From positions 1 to 64,000 of the forward strand of contig JBCCQQ010000010.1 in NCBI GenBank assembly GCA_039024555.1: DNA of 64,000 nt, read 5' to 3'. Numbering within the stretch: position 1 is the stretch's first letter; each line of letters opens with the position of its first letter. Made by a program: the position numbers and the translations under genes. Origin of the DNA: Cyanobacteria bacterium P01_D01_bin.156 (GTDB lineage Bacteria; Cyanobacteriota; Cyanobacteriia; Phormidesmidales; Phormidesmidaceae). Below are positions 61,073 through 64,000 of this stretch, one piece after another. Under the pieces are notes generated by a model. It did no database searches. It saw only the letters and a list, made by a program, of their open reading frames with translations, and was not told where the DNA came from.

Positions 61073-61374
61073 TACCCTGTAGACGTGATTGCAAGTGACT
61101 GAATATACTTATTGGGAGCTATAGCTAACTATAAAATCTTAGTAGCGTTGGTTTATGGCTCTATATTTAATAGATATGGTGTTTAGAACTATTGATGTGA
61201 AACGGTGTTACTAACTTTGAAAGGCTGAATTAGTGTATGCGCTCCCTATCTAATGCCGTTTATAAATAAGAATGAGTATCGATTTAACTAATGTAATCCG
61301 TACATCGATAGGCCGGTACATAGCCCCAACGGTATGGCCCAAGGCACTTCGAATCTGTTTCAAGAAAACACGCC

Positions 61375-61833
61375 ATGTCGTTCTATTCAGATGATGTCTG
61401 GAAAGCTGAGCTCAATTCTCGTGGTTATCGCTCCACACCCCAGCGTCAGAAAATTCTCAACATTTTCCAAACTCTAAGCCAGGGCAACCATTTGAGTGCT
61501 GAAGAACTCCATGAGCTGCTTAGGCGTGACGGCGAACGTATCAGCCTTTCAACGGTTTATCGCACATTGCATCTATTGGTATACATGGGACTGCTTAGAG
61601 AACTCGAATTTGCCGAAGGGCATAAGCATTACGAACTCAACCGTCCACTACGGGATCACCACCATCACCTAGTGTGTGTTCAATGTGGGCAAACCACAGA
61701 GTTTAGTGAAAATAATATTGACCGCATTAGCCAAGGCCATGCCGATAGTTCCGGCTATCACGTGCTGGATTGTCAGCTGATGTTGTATGGCGTCTGCCCC
61801 AGCTGTCGCTCGCGCAGTGCAGCGTCAGGTTAG
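61375..61833 (+). CDS. fur: Fur family transcriptional repressor
   Basis: TPQRQKIL, HLSAEEL, STVYRTL, HHHHLVCVQCG and CPSC motifs. Confidence 0.93.
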   Translation: MSFYSDDVWKAELNSRGYRSTPQRQKILNIFQTLSQGNHLSAEELHELLRRDGERISLSTVYRTLHLLVYMGLLRELEFAEGHKHYELNRPLRDHHHHLVCVQCGQTTEFSENNIDRISQGHADSSGYHVLDCQLMLYGVCPSCRSRSAASG

Positions 61834-61890
61834 ACAGTTTGTCAGGATTAATTTCTATTTAACGTAAGAAAATCTAGTCCACACTTTAAG

Positions 61891-62434
61891 GTTATTGATA
61901 TAGATCTGCAATAACCTGATCCATAGCCATAGAAATAAATCAATGGCTACGGATATAAGAACAAATATCAATAGAGACTTTTTTAAGGACGTAGGTGATT
62001 TTTGGCATTACTTAGCAACTGTACAGGTATATTGTCTTGTGTTGCTAAGACTCAATAGTAGTATTTTATGTGCATTGACAGGGCTAAGTTTTCCTAAACC
62101 TCTTTATTTCCAGTGATCTAAAAGATTCTACTTAGCATTTCATGGACTCAAACGGATTATTTTTATTAGCTATTGATGTCAATAAGCTTTTATGGGATAA
62201 TTCTGCGTGTTCTGTAAAATTACTGATAATTAGACCTAATAATGATTTTGCTTTGCGATAGGGACTGTTTGTAGGCAGTTCAATGTTGCCTGGTCAAAGT
62301 TCAGGACAATGGTCTATTTCGGTGGTTTTTGGTGAATGCCAAATCAGATCGAACGGTACTTTTTCGAATCGCTCTACTGTCTAGTTTCCATTTTTAGAAA
62401 AAATTTTCCGATGGAAATGAAAATAGCTTCTAAT
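61891..62434. promoter_or_regulatory. Cluster of Fur-box-like 19-mers upstream of futA
   Basis: ATTGATATAGATCTGCAAT (61894), TATAAGAACAAATATCAAT (61954), ACTGATAATTAGACCTAAT (62222) and AATGAAAATAGCTTCTAAT (62416). Confidence 0.5.
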
Positions 62435-62489
62435 AGGCTGGATTGTTTTGACATAGTGCGGCAGTAGTCAACCAGAAGGATCGGAATCT

Positions 62490-63542
62490 ATGAAATTTTC
62501 ACGACGTTCTCTTTTGATTAGCGGTGCTGGTTCTACAGCAGCATTTGCAGCAACTCAAGTATTTCGTCCCAAGCGGGGGGTAGCCCAGACCGGTGCTGTA
62601 AACCTCTATTCGTCTCGTCACTACAACACTGACGATGTCCTCTACGAAGAGTTTACTAACAAGACAGGCATCCGAGTTAATTTGCTGGAAGGTAAGGCAG
62701 ATGAACTCTTAGAGCGGATCAAGGCTGAAGGCGATCGCAGTCCTGCGGATGTGTTTATGACCGTAGACGCGGGTCGTCTATGGCGTGCAGATCAAGCAGG
62801 TGTCTTTACCCCTGTGTCTTCTAGCACGTTAGAAGCGCGTATTCCTGAGAGTCTGCGTCATCCTGATGGTCACTGGTTTGGTTTTTCCAGACGGGCGCGG
62901 GTGTTCATGTACAACAAAGGTATGATTGATCCTGCTGACCTATCTACCTACGAGAGTCTGGCAGATCCCCGTTGGAGCGGTAAGATCTTGACCCGTTCTT
63001 CTAGCAATATCTATAGCCAGTCTTTAACGGCTTCTATCATTGCAGCCAATGGTGCTGCCGCTGCCGAGCGCTGGGCTAGGGCATTTGTAGCGAACTTTGC
63101 CCGTACTCCTGAGGGGAATGACCGTGCCCAAATCGAAGCCGCTGCTGCTGGCTTGGGTGGCCTAGCAATTGCTAATACCTATTACCTACCCCGCTACGCT
63201 AAGGATTCAGACCCTGCTAAGCAGGATATTTTTAAGAAGGTTGGTGTTTTCTTCCCTAACCAAGATGGACGCGGTACTCACGTGAATATTAGTGGTGCAG
63301 GTGTAGTTAAGTCTGCTCCTAACAAGGAGAATGCTATTAAGTTCTTAGAGTACCTCTCCAGTAACGTGGCCCAAACATTCTTTGCTCAAGGTAACAATGA
63401 GTATCCTGTTGTTGCAGGTACCCCAGTAGATCCTGTTGTAGGTGCATTTGGCCAGTTTGACCCTGATACTGTTAACGTTAATGAGCTGGGTGAAAATCAG
63501 GCTGAAGCTGTTCGTATCATGGACCGCGCTGGTTGGGCATAA
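62490..63542 (+). CDS. futA: Fe(III) ABC transporter substrate-binding protein FutA/IdiA, Tat-exported
   Basis: SRRSLL Tat motif; YSSRHY, ANTYY and HVNISG motifs. Confidence 0.93.
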   Translation: MKFSRRSLLISGAGSTAAFAATQVFRPKRGVAQTGAVNLYSSRHYNTDDVLYEEFTNKTGIRVNLLEGKADELLERIKAEGDRSPADVFMTVDAGRLWRADQAGVFTPVSSSTLEARIPESLRHPDGHWFGFSRRARVFMYNKGMIDPADLSTYESLADPRWSGKILTRSSSNIYSQSLTASIIAANGAAAAERWARAFVANFARTPEGNDRAQIEAAAAGLGGLAIANTYYLPRYAKDSDPAKQDIFKKVGVFFPNQDGRGTHVNISGAGVVKSAPNKENAIKFLEYLSSNVAQTFFAQGNNEYPVVAGTPVDPVVGAFGQFDPDTVNVNELGENQAEAVRIMDRAGWA

Positions 63543-63569
63543 GCCTTATGGCCACAGATATATGAGGTT

Positions 63570-63679
63570 CACCCCGATAAAATCATCGGGGTGCAATGCT
63601 TATCCAGATAATTAGAGCGAGAAACACATTCCTCTCTAAAGACACCTTGCTACATTGGTTCAATATGGCAAGGTGTTTT
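63570..63679. terminator. Two stem-loops downstream of futA (terminator/stabiliser)
   Basis: CACCCCGAT/ATCGGGGTG (63570-63593) and ACACCTTGC...GCAAGGTGT followed by TTT (63642-63679). Confidence 0.6.
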
Positions 63680-63713
63680 CTTGCATGTCTTTTTAGGAGA
63701 TAGTTTGAAGCAA

Positions 63714-64000
63714 CTAGACTTCTTCAGTATTTAAGGTTTCTAGATCTGCCCGAGTAATAATTTCTGGTGTGATGAGGTAAAAAACGCTAGCCAGTCCTTC
63801 TCCAAAGACATTGAGATACTTTACTTCAGCGTTTGGATCACTGGGCTTGTTTATTTTGAAGATAGTTTGGTTGTTGTATCGCTCATCATCTTCTGGAGTC
63901 ACGTCATCCAGTGTGTAACCCTGATCTTCTAAATCCTTTTTGAGGGCTTTGGCTGCATCACTAAAGTTCTTGTCATCTACGGTACGACAGTTTTCTAAAC
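63714..64000 (-). CDS. Hypothetical protein, 3' portion (start lies beyond the window)
   Basis: The frame stays open to the window edge (...LENCRTVDDKNFSDAAKALKKDLEDQGYTLDDVTPEDD...). Confidence 0.7.
   Translation of the reverse strand, partial: LENCRTVDDKNFSDAAKALKKDLEDQGYTLDDVTPEDDERYNNQTIFKINKPSDPNAEVKYLNVFGEGLASVFYLITPEIITRADLETLNTEEV

Larger units (their letters stand above)
1..64000. repeat. Dispersed HIP1 octamers (GCGATCGC)
   Basis: Roughly 20 or more copies seen, e.g. at 15871, 18171, 24641, 31801 and 62731. HIP1 is a cyanobacterial hallmark. Confidence 0.9.

Noticed and set aside
1..64000. tRNA, rRNA, prophage or intact mobile elements
   Set aside because: None recognised by eye; a covariance-model scan would be needed to exclude small RNAs.

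Overview
Cyanobacterial chromosome segment. Many HIP1 GCGATCGC octamers and the gene content suggest a filamentous Leptolyngbya-like organism (inference). Housekeeping genes include lepB, malQ, an SphR/PhoB-type regulator, tamB, a gyrA-family paralog, pfkA, ridA, DAHP synthase, sbcC, a GH13 glycosidase, tpm, fur and futA. Two signals stand out. (1) The DAHP synthase gene is preceded by two complete ribosome-dependent attenuators in tandem, missed by the ORF track. Each has an aromatic-rich leader peptide (MRRKFFYFWFIQVHR; MTVYYSWQFTFFFFMPPPGR) with mutually exclusive antiterminator and terminator hairpins. (2) Two loci about 30 kb apart combine CHAT (caspase-like) proteases with sigma-70-like/DUF1822 gene pairs. 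The second locus adds a CHAT-CHASE2 membrane protein and DUF928. A near-identical 21-bp palindrome occurs at both loci, and Arg-Gly/Ser linker motifs recur across the proteins. I interpret this as a candidate protease-activated sigma cascade. Also present: near-identical 120-bp TPR repeats with hypervariable codons, an IS1-like transposase relic, tandem hybrid histidine kinases with a REC-REC-pseudokinase, and Fur-box-like sites around fur-futA. All family assignments come from motif recognition by eye; no database searches were run.
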